From the NCBI GenBank assembly GCA_000004985.1, contig GG738857.1: 64,000 nt of DNA; one strand, written 5' to 3'. The notes beneath the pieces were generated by a model that did no database searches, was not told the DNA's origin, and saw only the letters and a program-made list of their open reading frames with translations. Below are positions 1-11,871 of the stretch, in pieces (position 1 is the first letter of the stretch; each line of letters begins with the position of its first letter). Origin of the DNA: Naegleria gruberi (Eukaryota). The position numbers and the translations under genes were made by a program.

Positions 1-1826
1 AGTTTAACGGGAAACAACAAGCAAAGTTCCGAAGATCATGTCTGGATAAATGGTTTGTATTGTATTGTATAAGAATATGAATTAATTGTTCTTCTTTAGC
101 TTGGTATGATCCTCTTGCTTCCGTTACCTCTCTTTCACAATGTATGATGTTTTCTGATATTAATGGTGATGGAGACTACAAACTTGTGGTAGCTACTGCA
201 AGTAAGAATCCCTTAGAAAGTAAAAAGACAAAACAAGCTCACAGATTGAGAGTCTATAAAGGTACTGGTATTATCAGCGAAAATGTTTTAATGGAGGAAC
301 CTATTGCACTCGCTTCCTACTACACTGACTACTCATCACCTAAAAGACCTATGATTGTCGTCGCAAGTAGTAATCACATTTACTATTACAAAAACCTACA
401 ACCATTCTACAAGTTTACTATGCCGGCAAAGACTACAGAAGAAAAGGAAGTGGAAATTTGGCAATATTTAAAGGAATCTAAATATGATGCCAAGACTGGT
501 TACGCTGAATTAGCAAGACTTAGAGATCATAATATTACTCTTAGTACAAGGAGTTACGAACTTCTTTCTCTTACATCAAATGAAGATATTAAGGCGTTCA
601 TTGATACCAGGAAAAATTTTGCCTTGGAGAGTCCAAATAATATTACAACTCTATCAATTCTTCCAAAAGACAGAGAAGGAGATGACGCAATTGGATGTCC
701 AGTTGTCGGTACAGAGAGCGGAATAGTTTTTATCTTAACTCCCCAAGGATCACAAATCATGAAAGCTGTTCAATTGCCTTCAGCACCTGTAAAATTTTGT
801 ATTGCTGGTAACTATGATAGTGATTATAGAATTACAGCAGCATGTAGAAATGGAAATGTATATACCATTAAAAATGGAGAAGTGAGTGGCGTGGTTATTG
901 AGTTGGAATCTCATCCAGTTTCTATTGTAAAAATAGACAAAACTTTTGCTATTGGCCTTATGAACAATAGTATTCATTGCTACAATACAAGAGGAAAGAA
1001 ACAATACTCTATCTATTTACCATCTAATATTAAGGACATGGAAGTTCTTGAAATGAGAGGCCAACGTAGTGTGAAATGCATAATAGTAGCTATGGAGAAC
1101 AAGGAATTGAGAATTTATAATGGTAAAAATTTGGTAAATAGGATTGAATTATTTGAAAATATTGCCAGTCTCAGATATGGAATATACGGATCTGAGGTTA
1201 ATAGTTTAATCATTTCTTATAGAAATGGCGGTCTTGATTTTAAAGTTATCTCAAGAAAGGCAAGTTTGGAGAGCAAATCCAAAACTGGTCCACCACCAGA
1301 ACAGGAAGAGCCTTTGGATTTACCCTCCAAGACTTTCCTTTATTTGGAACAAACAAAGAGAGAAGTGGATTATTGCTCTGAAATGCATAATGTTTTCCAA
1401 AAAGATTTGGCAAGAATTAGACTTCACACTGCGAGGGCATATGTTAAAATTTTGACAGATGGCCAAGGTCCATTATCTTACACTTCCGGATCCTCTATTC
1501 GCTTGACGGCCCAAGTGCAAGGACTAGGTCCAAAGTTTAAGATTAATATTGAGGTTCAGAATACTGGCAAAAAGTCAATTTCCCAGTTATTCATTCTATT
1601 TGTTTTTAATGAAGATCTTTACTCGGTGGAGGGTGATGCAAGAAGATTGCTTCTTCCTCCTCTTCTTCCAGGACCAGTATACAGATTTAGTAAGGCAGTA
1701 ACCATGCTTGATCCTTTAGTTGCCCCAGAAACAATGAAATTATATGTTTGTAGTAAGGAGAGTCAAACACCTGTAATAACTGCTGTTGTAAATATGCCAC
1801 CAACAGAAATGATTGAATTAGTATAA
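1..1826 (+). CDS. BBS1: Bardet-Biedl syndrome 1 protein (BBS1, BBSome subunit). 5' partial: exon <1..52, intron 53..99 (GTTTGT..AG), exon 100..1826
   Basis: The translation matches BBS1 in several places, e.g. DINGDGDYKLVV vs human HGDGEYKLVV. Other matches: IYYYKNLQPFYKFTMP vs VYVYKNLRPYFKFSLP; AACRNGNVYTIKN vs AACRNGNIYILR; GPPPEQEEPLDLPSKTFLYLEQTKRE vs [33 protein letters not shown]..QNT.. vs QGLGPTF..QNT... The upstream frame stays open to position 1, and the small intron restores WYDPL (human HYDPM). Confidence 0.85.
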
Positions 1827-2334
1827 ACTTTTTATTAATAATTTGAAACTCTATAATTGCCATTTTACCAGAGAATATTACGATTAATTGAGATATGGAA
1901 ATATCATGATTTAACTTCGCAAGCCATAATGTTCATGATCTTAGAATTCTTTTAAATTCACGGTTTTGTTTTTTGGAGTGCTCCCAAAAAGTCATTCTGC
2001 AAACATTGTGATTTCTTCCCAGTGCTCTGTGGAAGCAAAATAGATGTTAATTTGGTTTGGAATCTTTAGTAAGGGTGTTGAAACAACTCAAAAAGCTCTC
2101 TAATTTTAAAAAAAAACCACTGCTAAAATATTTGGGCCCCTAAAGATTCCAAACCAAATTAATATTTATTTTGATGGAATCATTCTTGAGAAGTGATACC
2201 ATCATTCCATTAGAGTGGGTCCAGTCTTTGTGCTATTCTTTGAATCCAAATTTTGAGGAGAAGGACAAATCAAATTGATAAAAATTCTACCATGGCATTC
2301 CTGTGTCAAAAGTGAATTGACGAGTCAACAAAAA

Positions 2335-3500
2335 ATGCGTAAATCAACATCTGAAAAAACTCTTCCAGAAACAATCAACATAAAAAACCCATCCGAAGAT
2401 GAAAAATCCACTCTCCAACAACAAGATTGGTTTTGTGAATTAGTTTCAACCTACACAGAGCACAAGATAAACGCACTTGAGAAGGAAAATCAAAACCTAA
2501 TCCAAAAGTTGTTGGCTCTAACAGTTGATCAACGCTATATTAAATTTCTTGAATCTATTCCTTCATTGATGCAAAAACAACAAGAGCACAACAAACAAGG
2601 AAACTCTGACAATGAGTACAAAAAGTTAAACGAGAAGCTTGATGAAGTAATTGATGATTATGAGGACGTCAAGAGGAAATTAAAAAAAGCAGAAGAGAAT
2701 GCAAAAAAACCAAAGATGCTTTTGTTGAACAGCACTATTATAATGAAGAGAATATTAAAGAAATCACCAGGAAAGAAGAGAAGGTACGTGAAGAATTGGC
2801 TACCTTGAATGGAAAGTACCTTTATGAAAAGGAATCGTTCTTGAAACAAGTGTCCGAGTTAACAAAAGAAAGAGATCAACTAAATGATCAAATTTCAATT
2901 TACAAAACTCGAAATGATCCTGCCTTGCTGATGAATGACTTTTCTGATAACACAGTCAAAAAGATACATGATGAATATGTCACTTTGAAATCACACGATT
3001 TGAATTCTTTTGTGGGAAGAGTAGTTGAAGAACATTCATTAAGTGAAGATCAGGAATTTGATTTTGATTTAAAAATTGTTGCATTTGCATTCAAAACAGT
3101 CCGTAAACTCATTGAAGAAACCTATTCTGAAATGAATTTCGAACTAATTGGCAAGAAACTTACAAATGAAGAATCAGAAAGAAACCGCCTTATTGAAACC
3201 CTCGTCCAGACAATTGCAAAAATGGAAGAAATTGGAAAGAACAAGAAATTACAACAAGCTGCCAGAGAATTTATAACCAAACTCGTGAAATTCTATTGTA
3301 ACATGTTTCTCATTGATAAGAAGCTTGAATTGGTTTGGGCTTCAACTGGATCTCTCTACAATCCTGAATGGTACGATTCAAGAAATGCAACCAGTAACAT
3401 TGTAGTCACTAATGTTTTCAAACCTGCTCTCATGGACACATTCACCAAAACAGTCTACGAAAAAGGAATTGTTGAAACTACCCAAAAAAGGAAAAAATAA
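2335..3500 (+). CDS. Coiled-coil protein, paralog family member P1, with a conserved C-terminal domain. There is an apparent 1-nt frame change near the A7 run at 2702-2710 (ORFs 2275..2808 and 2796..3500 are the same gene)
   Basis: The ATG at 2335 has an A-rich context. It shares the motif NDPAL(L)MNDFSDN and the C-terminal block LELVW...NPEW...PALM with the ORFs 6801..8432 (-) and 8567..9778 (+). The frame of the second ORF stays open back to 2664 and reads as coherent coiled coil (KDAFVEQHYYNEENIKEITRKEEKVREELATLNGK). Confidence 0.55.
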
Positions 3501-3522
3501 CAATTATTACCTATATCAATAT

Positions 3523-6500
3523 TTATATTAAAACTCTCTTGTATGTAATTAAATATTCAGGATAGCATTGATTCCTATCATAGATAATATATTCATTGTA
3601 GGTGTGTTGTGATACCGACTTGGATCTTCCAATAACACTGTCATAAACTCTTCCATTTGAGTTTTCAATGACAGGTGGTCTTCTTTCATTTCTCATCTTT
3701 TCCCTTGTTTTGAAAACCATCTGACCTAACAGAACTCTACTGAGAAATATAAAACACTCACCATCCTTATTCGAAACACAATATTGATCACTCTTACTAC
3801 AGCAATCAGCAAAGTATATTCCAGCTCCAAACAAACCACTCAAAGCACTCAATCTTTCATCAAAGCCGTGTTCTGAAATGATTGACTTGACTACTTCTGT
3901 TGTTCCATGCCATAAATAAACTTCATTCACATTGGAATCTAATTCACACATTTCGTCAACAAAATCATTTCTAATTGGTATATCCATTACCTTCTTTTTA
4001 TCCTTATAGGAAATTAGGTGTTTCTTCTTTGATAGATACATTTCATAAAGTGATAAATTCTCAATTCTTTCCACTTTTAGAACTTGTAACTTGTTATATG
4101 GAAATGAATCTTTTTCATGGTTTCGTTTCTTTCCTAATGTAATTGTTACACATGTCTTATCCAATAAATCTTGAATATCCTCTTTTAATTCAGCGGTAAC
4201 ATCTATAATTGACATGTTATTTTGATTTGATTTCCAATAGGAAGGCTTTTGTTTCGTTTCCTTTCTTCTTGTCCCACGAAAGAATTCATGTCTTAATAAC
4301 TCAGATGCAGATAAAGTACAAATTTCTTCACGAATATTAATTGAGTCCATTAGCGTTTTCAAAAGAGATGAATATTCATCGAGTCGTTCCATTGACATGA
4401 TGTCAATTACCATTTTCACGAAACAAAACATTTCTTTCTGGAATGGTAATTTGTTTCCCTTTTCCTCTATTTTCACAACATTATCAAATCCATCCAATAT
4501 TAATTTAACTTGTTCATCTTCAATAATTTTCACATACACATTCGCAGCTCTAATATTTCCATGAACAAATGAATAGGTATGAAAATGATGAATGGCTGAA
4601 AGAATCTGAAACCAAATATCTTCCCATCCTGATCTAATGGATGAAAAATCTTTCAATGTTCCAATTGAGTAATATGGCATAACAATACAAAGTTTATCTT
4701 GACAAAGATAAAATCCAATTAATTCTGCAATATTTGAATGTTTGATTTTCTCTAGAATTTCAACTTGTTCAATTACCATTTCAATTTTATCCAATGAATA
4801 TTGTTTAACACGATAGAAAATATTCGAATTCTTATCAACTGCCTCAATAAGCATATAATTCAGAAATGCAGTTTCACTAATTGTAGTCAATTCCAAAGTG
4901 CTTACATCTTGAATTCCTATAATTTCTGATAGTAAATCATAGAATCCTGATCGATAGAGTGTAATTGATTTGTTTCGAATATCATTTCTGTTAATTTGAA
5001 GAGTTTCGAGTTCAGTTTCTTGTTCCATAATTTTTAGACAGGGCGCAGTTGATGTTGAGTTGTTTGTTTCCCACAATTTTTTCTCAATTTCAATTGATCT
5101 TTTGCGTGCTTCAATGTTCTCACTCATTAATTTGTAATTAATTCCATATTTAGAAATATCAAATTTAGAAATTATTGTTAAAGTTAATTGCATATTTTTA
5201 AATTCATTACAGATGGTAGTAATATTATTGATAAAATCAAGGCAATTATTTTTCATATCATCAATAAAGTAGCAATATCCTTTCAATTTCTTTTTCAATA
5301 AATGATACAATTCCAAATTTGGATTTTCTTTCAATAAGGAAAATAATTTTGAAATGGAATCTCCAATATCATTTGTATCATTGCTTATTTCTGAAAATTC
5401 AAGTGTTGAAATATTACTTGAAAAATTTGAAAGAAAATTTGCAACTCCACTCAATTGCTTATTACATGTATTAATCCATTTCTCCAAATTAGTCGAATAT
5501 TCTTCAAATGTTAATTCCAATTCTTCATAATTCGATATTTCATTACATGGAATTTCTTCTCCACCATTCAAAAATTCATTAATTTCTTTAGAAATTTCAC
5601 TCAAACTCTTTACAAATTCAATAAGAAAATTTCCATAATCACTTTTCTTAATTTGATTATTCATTGATTCATGGATTTGAAATTTGCTTCGAAATTCAAT
5701 TAAATCTTGAGGATTTTGTGATGAATAAATCGATTTTGAATTAATTTGGATAGGGCTGAGAAGATTCTTAATATCTGTAAACTTTTTCATGTCATATTCG
5801 TTAATTATGATATTTCTAATAAGTCTATCAGTGGTAAATCTTATAGTTTCCAATTGATTTTTCCTATTTTTGTATTCGAAACCTAATTGGGAAAGCTCTG
5901 TAAATATTGATGCAAAATGAATGAATTTAATTTCTATTGGAGATGTGCTAGTAGATGCTTGACTCACTTCTACATTAATTTCTTTTGTTTCCACATTAGT
6001 CTTATTTCTTTTTTCAGATTTCATTTCCTTTTGAATCGTTTTTATGGATTTCCCGCCACATTTCAATGCTATTGATATTTTGATATTAGGATGTTCTAAT
6101 AATAATTTTCACAATTTCAATTTTATCTCTTTCGCAAGCAACTTGCAAAGGTGTTTTAACCTTCCAAAATTGGTAAAATAAAAACTTGCAAATTAATACT
6201 TACCATCTTTAATCTTAAAACTCAATTAATTAAATATCAAACTTACATTCTGAATAATTCAATAAATGTATACTCATCATTAACAAGTTACTTACACCCT
6301 TATTAACATCCAATTCATTTGATTCCAATAATAATTTCACAATTTCAAGATGACCATCATAACATGCAATAAACAAACAAGTTTGTTCTGATTCTACACC
6401 ACAAAATGTCTTGAATAACAAGCTAATAAGTATTCATTTTGCTTCAAATCATACTTACTTCATTGACATTGACAAGTGACAGTAAATATTTGACAATCTC

Positions 6501-6782
6501 AACATTTCCACTTCTACAAGCATGATACAATGGAACCTAAACACATTTAACAATATATGATGATATAAAACCTACTCCGATTCTTGGATTTACCTTCTTT
6601 TCTTCTAACAAGTATTTTGTAATTCTTGTTGAATTATTAGAAATTGATTCTTCTAATAGAGTTTTGTTCGAAACAAGAGTTTTTGAAAAATCGGACAAGG
6701 ATTCAGCTAATGAAATGAATTGCTCTAAATTATCACTTGAAATTGACGAGATTACTTTCTTCTCAAGTTTCTTTTTCAACAT
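3523..6782 (-). CDS. Ankyrin-repeat / pseudokinase-like / PARP catalytic domain protein (tankyrase-like ADP-ribosyltransferase). Exons on the minus strand: 6782..6594, 6536..6459, 6409..6296, 6160..3523, with an apparent 1-nt frame slip at the T4 run 6106-6109
   Basis: The C-terminus (LWHGT...GAGIYFAD...HTYNEYIIYD...YPEYLITYK) matches PARP1 LLWHGS...GKGIYFAD...LYNEYIVYD...YLLKLKF, with an intact H-Y-E triad. The central region is kinase-like but has HGN in place of HRD and DGF in place of DFG. The N-terminal exons encode ankyrin repeats (VPLYHACRSGNVEIVKYLL; TCLFIACYDGHLEIVKLLLES; KTPLQVACERDKIEIVK). Minus-strand GTAAGT donors and AG acceptors were located by hand. Confidence 0.8.
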
Positions 6783-6800
6783 TTTTTTTAAACTAAACTT

Positions 6801-8432
6801 TTAATTCTTTTTTGACACTCTGACAATTACTTTTGCCTTCTCATAAATACTTCTCGATTGCAACTGCATTAGGGATGGAAAGACTGTGCACTGAATCTTT
6901 GGAATGGTTGTGTTATTTCTTGCATCTTGTTCGTATGGATTAAAATTGTCCTTTGCTTTATACCAAACGAATTCCAACTTTTTTGAATTGGTAAACATTT
7001 TCATGTAGAGTTCAATTGCCTTATCAAGTAATTCTGAGGTTAGATTACTAACTTCCCGATCTCTACAAATATGCTCAGGATTCTCAACTTTGAATTTGTT
7101 GAAAACGTGTTCAATGGAGGTGAAAATCTCATTGTGGCAGCTTTTGAGTAGTTTTTTCTTATCTGAATCTTCCAATGGCTTGCATCCATAACCTAATTTC
7201 TTGTCTTTCAATCTGTGTTGTAATGATTTGCCCTTATTGTCGTCTTGAGCTGGTGAAAAGAGGTATTTGGCTAATTCCATTTCAATTTCACATTCAAAAT
7301 CTTGTGCTACATCATCTCCATTAAGATTTTCACTCATTTCTTCACAAAGAGAACCCAATGAATTCTTAATTTCAAAATAAGCATCCTTAATTGACTTGGT
7401 GGTATTGTCGGAGAAATTGTTCATCTCAAGAGCTGGATCATGTTCTGCTTTGACAATTCTAAAATTATCTTCAAGTTGAGCAATCTTTGATTCTAAACCA
7501 TTTTTCAGTTCGATTAGTGCTTCTTTTTCTTTCTCAAATCTTGATTGGTTTTCACTTGCTTCGGTTCTCATTCTGTTTTTATCCTTTTCCAGATTTGAGA
7601 TTTTACTTTCAAGAGATTGAAGGTTTGCCTGGAGTTCAAGTGTGTCATTTTTAAGATCCTTATTATCACTTCTCAAATCTTCAAGCTTTTTGGTTGTATT
7701 TTTGTGGCTGTCTTGTTCAGTCTTCAACTTTTGTTTAGTTTCATCATGTTCACTTCTCAATTTGTTGAAATTCTTTTCTAAAGTGTCCTTTTCCTTCTTG
7801 AGATCTGTAAATTCTTTTTTCTTTGTATTCAATTCAGTAATCTTTTGATCTTTTTCACTAACCAATTGCTTTTCACGGTTCTGCAAATCATCATTTTCTT
7901 TCTTTAATTTCTTCTCATTATCTCTTGCTTCATTGCTTTCTTTGGTTAATTTTTTAATTCTTTCATCTTGATTTTGGGATTTTTCTAATGAGATTGATTT
8001 AAGGAATTCAACAAGTTTCTTATCAACTTGTACAGTGTCTAATATGTCTCTTAATCTGTCAACTTCCTTGGTATGCTTTTCTGACTCTTCCTGGATGTGG
8101 TTAACTTTGTTTTTTTCCTTATCAAGATTACTTTGGAGAATAGAAACTTGTTTTCTTTGACTCTCTAAATCTTGTTTAACCTTGTCAAGTTCGTGTTGGA
8201 GGATTTGTGCTACATTCTTTTCCTGGTCCCAATTACTTTGCAGATTGGAGGTTGTTAGCTTTTCTTTATTAAAGGCCTCTTCAATTGACTTGAGTTGAGT
8301 TTGAAGTTGTGAAATTCTTTTTTGATAATGGGAGGGATCTACTTCTTGTGTTGGGGGTGGAACATCACTTGTTGGTTGTTGTTGGGGTTTGATGGTGGAT
8401 GATGGTTTATTTGAATTGGATTCGTTTGTCAT
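6801..8432 (-). CDS. Coiled-coil protein, paralog family member P2, with a conserved C-terminal domain
   Basis: It is a long heptad-rich ORF (K/E/L/Q) with the motif HDPALEMNNFSDN and the C-terminal block LEFVWYKAKDNFNPYEQDARN...FPSLM, shared with P1 and P3. The ATG at 8432 has an aaaaaaaATG context. Confidence 0.6.
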   Translation of the reverse strand: MTNESNSNKPSSTIKPQQQPTSDVPPPTQEVDPSHYQKRISQLQTQLKSIEEAFNKEKLTTSNLQSNWDQEKNVAQILQHELDKVKQDLESQRKQVSILQSNLDKEKNKVNHIQEESEKHTKEVDRLRDILDTVQVDKKLVEFLKSISLEKSQNQDERIKKLTKESNEARDNEKKLKKENDDLQNREKQLVSEKDQKITELNTKKKEFTDLKKEKDTLEKNFNKLRSEHDETKQKLKTEQDSHKNTTKKLEDLRSDNKDLKNDTLELQANLQSLESKISNLEKDKNRMRTEASENQSRFEKEKEALIELKNGLESKIAQLEDNFRIVKAEHDPALEMNNFSDNTTKSIKDAYFEIKNSLGSLCEEMSENLNGDDVAQDFECEIEMELAKYLFSPAQDDNKGKSLQHRLKDKKLGYGCKPLEDSDKKKLLKSCHNEIFTSIEHVFNKFKVENPEHICRDREVSNLTSELLDKAIELYMKMFTNSKKLEFVWYKAKDNFNPYEQDARNNTTIPKIQCTVFPSLMQLQSRSIYEKAKVIVRVSKKN

Positions 8433-8566
8433 TTTTTTTAAAGACGTACGAAAATTTGACGAGTTGTAATGTAATTTTGAAACCTGCATTCCGTGTTCCG
8501 TTCTGTGAATTGACGAGTCATCATTCACTTGTCAAATGTTTAACTATCAAACAAATAATCAAAAAA

Positions 8567-9778
8567 ATGGGATTCTTTGGGTTTTTCAGTGATGACAATA
8601 AAGAAGAAATAAAGAAGGAGTTGAAGGCGGCAAAGGAACAAATTGAATACCAAAAGAAAGAGGTAGAAAGCCAGCGAAACAAAATTATAACATTAGAAAC
8701 AAATAACACCAATTTGCAAACTAGAAACACAACTTTACTCCAAGAATTTAAAATTTTAAACCCGAAACTTGAAAAATTAACACTTGAAAAACAAAATTGC
8801 GAATATATTTCCTCTCAATATCAAGCAAAAGCACAAGAATTGAACAAGAAATTACAAGAACTCGACAAGCAGTACAATTCCACTGTTCAAAATCTCAACA
8901 CTGAATTACAATCTTGTAAATTTCAATTCAATCAAGCAATCACTGAGTGGAAGCAAGAGAAGAACAAATTTGAATTAGAATTGAAAAGTGTAAAACAATC
9001 AAGAGATCAACAAATTTCTTATTCCACTCAATTACATTCAGCATTGACTGAAGAAAGAGAGAATTTCATAAACTTGTCCCAAACCAAAGAACAAGAAATT
9101 GAAAAGTTGAAAGCTGACATTATTTTAATCAAAGCTCAAAATGATCCAGCACTTGTTGTCAATGATTTCTCAGATGAAAGTCCTAAACAAATTAGAGATT
9201 TGTATCTTCAATCAAAATCAAGTATTGACACTTTGACAACAACCTTGGAAGACAATTTGACAGAAGATGAACAAGAACAATTGGAAATTATTATAGCCAA
9301 GACACTCTTTGAGAAATTAGAAGAGACTGTTATGAAATTTGTGTGTGAAACAAAACAAGTTGACAGCAGTGATAGAAAGCTCATTGGTGAATTATTGAAA
9401 TCAGATATTGAAATGAGAAAGCTTGTTATTTATCATACTTCAGTTGGATTAATGAATCAAATTAAGGAACAATTTGCCAGTTTTAGTAATTTTATTGAAA
9501 ATTGTAAAGATGAAGAAAGAATTCAAATTCAAAATGAAATTGACACAATGTCAACAAGTTCAATTTCAATGCTAGCAATGATCTTGAGAAATGAGCAAAA
9601 TATTGGTTTCGTTTGGTATAAACCAAAATCAGATTTCAATACTTTAGAACAAAGATCAAGAAATGCTGATAAGAAAATTGTAATTGATACTTGCATTTAT
9701 CCTTGTTTAATGTTGAAGGGATCAAGAAGTGTTTTTGAACAAGCAGTTGTTACAACAAAATTAACAAAACACAAATAA
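8567..9778 (+). CDS. Coiled-coil protein, paralog family member P3, with a conserved C-terminal domain
   Basis: The ATG at 8567 (aaaaaaaATG) is divergent from P2, with about 134 bp of shared upstream region. It carries the motif NDPALVVNDFSDE and the C-terminal GFVWYKPKSDFNTLEQRSRN...YPCLM. Confidence 0.6.
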   Translation: MGFFGFFSDDNKEEIKKELKAAKEQIEYQKKEVESQRNKIITLETNNTNLQTRNTTLLQEFKILNPKLEKLTLEKQNCEYISSQYQAKAQELNKKLQELDKQYNSTVQNLNTELQSCKFQFNQAITEWKQEKNKFELELKSVKQSRDQQISYSTQLHSALTEERENFINLSQTKEQEIEKLKADIILIKAQNDPALVVNDFSDESPKQIRDLYLQSKSSIDTLTTTLEDNLTEDEQEQLEIIIAKTLFEKLEETVMKFVCETKQVDSSDRKLIGELLKSDIEMRKLVIYHTSVGLMNQIKEQFASFSNFIENCKDEERIQIQNEIDTMSTSSISMLAMILRNEQNIGFVWYKPKSDFNTLEQRSRNADKKIVIDTCIYPCLMLKGSRSVFEQAVVTTKLTKHK

Positions 9779-9994
9779 ATATTTACAAATATTACAAAAT
9801 ATTTAAAAATATTGAAAAAATTACTGTAAATTTTGATCATCACACTAAATCTGCATTAACTTTCTACACAATTGTAGTTGACGGAATTTACGGAATTGAA
9901 AATTGTAATATGACTTAATTTGACATGGGAAGTGTCCATTTCAACACGTCATGTCAAAGTTTCTAATTATCAATTCTCAAAAAACAAAAAAAAT

Positions 9995-11871
9995 ATGAGC
10001 ACCAGCACCCTCATCAAACCACAAGCAGGTAAAAACTTTGTCGTTTGCATTGACTTTGGATCTTCAGGTTCTGGCAGTTCAATTCTCTTCGTAAAGGATG
10101 AAGATAAAATTTTCACTCTCAAAACTTATCCAGACTCCCCTAACGTAGTTTACAATAAGAATATGTCATGTATTTTATATGAAGATGGTAAGAGACATAG
10201 TATTGGTTATACTGCTAGAAAGACAATGTTCTTTGAAAATGATGACGAAGATTCAGATGAAGATTCCGGTGAAGATTCGGATAGAGATTCAGATAGTGAA
10301 AGTGAAGAATCTCATGGATCAACTTCAACTGCTCCATCAAAAAAATCAGCAACTCCACTAAAAGATAGAAAATTTATCAGAGATTTAAAAATTCAATTCA
10401 TGGAAGCAACAAAAGATGAGAAGGAAATTTCAATTCCAGAAATAGTAATTTCCAATGATGGAACAACCAAATCTTTACTTGATGTGATGGCAGATTACTT
10501 ATCCATGTTATTCACAGATTTTATCATGAAGAGTTTAAAGAATAACGATAGCTCTGTTAAGAAAACTGATGTTCGTTGGTGCATTACAGTTCCCGCCAAC
10601 TATTCAGAACATCAAAAATCCCTAATGAGGAAAGTGGCATGTAAGGCAAAGATTATAGATAAGGAAAATTGTGATGAGAGTGATTTGATTATCATTTCTG
10701 AACCAGATGCTGCTACCATGTTCTGTATGAAACATAAGGCTAAATCTAAACCACTTACAAATGGTGAAACTTTTATGGTAGTTGATGCTGGTGGTGGTAC
10801 TGTAGATGGTAAGTTTGAGAAATTCTTGATTTAACATTTAAATTCTGTAACAGTCAGTTGTCATATGCTTGAAAATGGTAAATTGAAAGAGTTGGCAGTT
10901 CAAAAGGCAGAGCTATGTGGTTCTACATTTATTGATAGAGAATTTATTAAGATTTTAGAAGAAAATTGTGATAATTTCAAAGAATTTACAGAGAAAAATC
11001 CAGAAACTCTTGTCAAGATATTATCAATTTGGGAAGATGTTAAGAGAGGTACTTTGACAGTTGACAAGAAATTGACATTTGACACATCTCCAATGTTTAA
11101 AAAAGCAAAACCTAATAGTTCAATTTACAAATCAAGATCTACCAAGATTGCATTAACAGATGAACAAATGAAAAGAATATTTGACAGTCAAGTGTCAAAA
11201 GCACTCAAATTGATTGATGAAGTTTATAGAGATTATGAAGAAGATTATCCAAGTAGAAAGATGGATCACTTATTTATTGTTGGTGGTTTAGGAGATAATG
11301 GTTATTTCCAAAATCGTATTAAGGAAAGATTTGAAAAGAAATTTAAGGAAATTTTAATTCCACTTTTCTGTTCGACAGCTGTCATGGAAGGAGGTGCATT
11401 ACTTGCTAAGGATCCATCATTCGTTCAAGAAAATCAAAGTTATCATATGGTGTTGGTGTCATGGAAGAATTTGAAGAAGGGCATCATGCTGAAAGCAAGT
11501 ACAAGGTCATTAATGGTAAACATATGGCAGTTGACGTGTTGGATGTTTTTGTTGAACAACGTGAAGAAGTTGAAATTGATAGAGAAATTGTTAGAGAATA
11601 TGAATGTTTACCAGGTGCTACTCAAATTGATGTTGTTCTCTATTCATCTATTAAGAGAAGAGAAGCAATTCCTTATATTGATTCACCACTAGTTTCTAAA
11701 GAGGAAACAATTACAATTCCTTTTAGAGATTCATCAAAGGAGGCAGATAGAAGAGTTTTTATTAAATTCTTCTTTGGTAAATCAGAATTAATGATTACTG
11801 TTGAAAATGCACAAGGTGAAGTTAAGGAAATTAAGAGAGATTTTGAAGCAAACTCACTTGCCCTAAAATAA
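9995..11871 (+). CDS. HSPA12-like Hsp70-superfamily ATPase, paralog A. Exon 9995..10808, intron 10809..10853, exon 10854..11871 with an apparent 1-nt frame change near 11410-11420 (possible pseudogene or assembly indel)
   Basis: Shared motifs with HSPA12A: VVCIDFGSSGSG (HSPA12A VVAIDFGTTSSG); WCITVPANYSEHQKSLMRKVA ([21 protein letters not shown]); MVVDAGGGTVD then splice to VSCHMLENGKLKELA (VVVDSGGGTVDLTVH). After the frame change the reading frame gives LSYGVGVMEEFEEG..., which matches paralog B RMTYGVKAQKGSEE and human PLTYGVGV. Confidence 0.6.

Noticed and set aside
554-1004. Minus-strand ORFs 554..760 and 780..1004 inside BBS1
   Set aside because: They lie antisense to a strongly supported homologous CDS, are short, and have hydrophobic low-complexity translations typical of AT-rich antisense frames.
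7642-7848. Plus-strand ORF inside the P2 coiled-coil gene, and similar antisense ORFs at 8521..8730, 10622..10837, 10900..11085, 23470..23733, 25381..25641, 33357..33551, 34471..34947, 55564..56099 and 56332..56999
   Set aside because: All overlap longer same-locus ORFs that have homology or coherent coding bias. Their translations are Leu/Phe/Val low complexity produced by reading AAT/GAA-rich coding DNA backwards.
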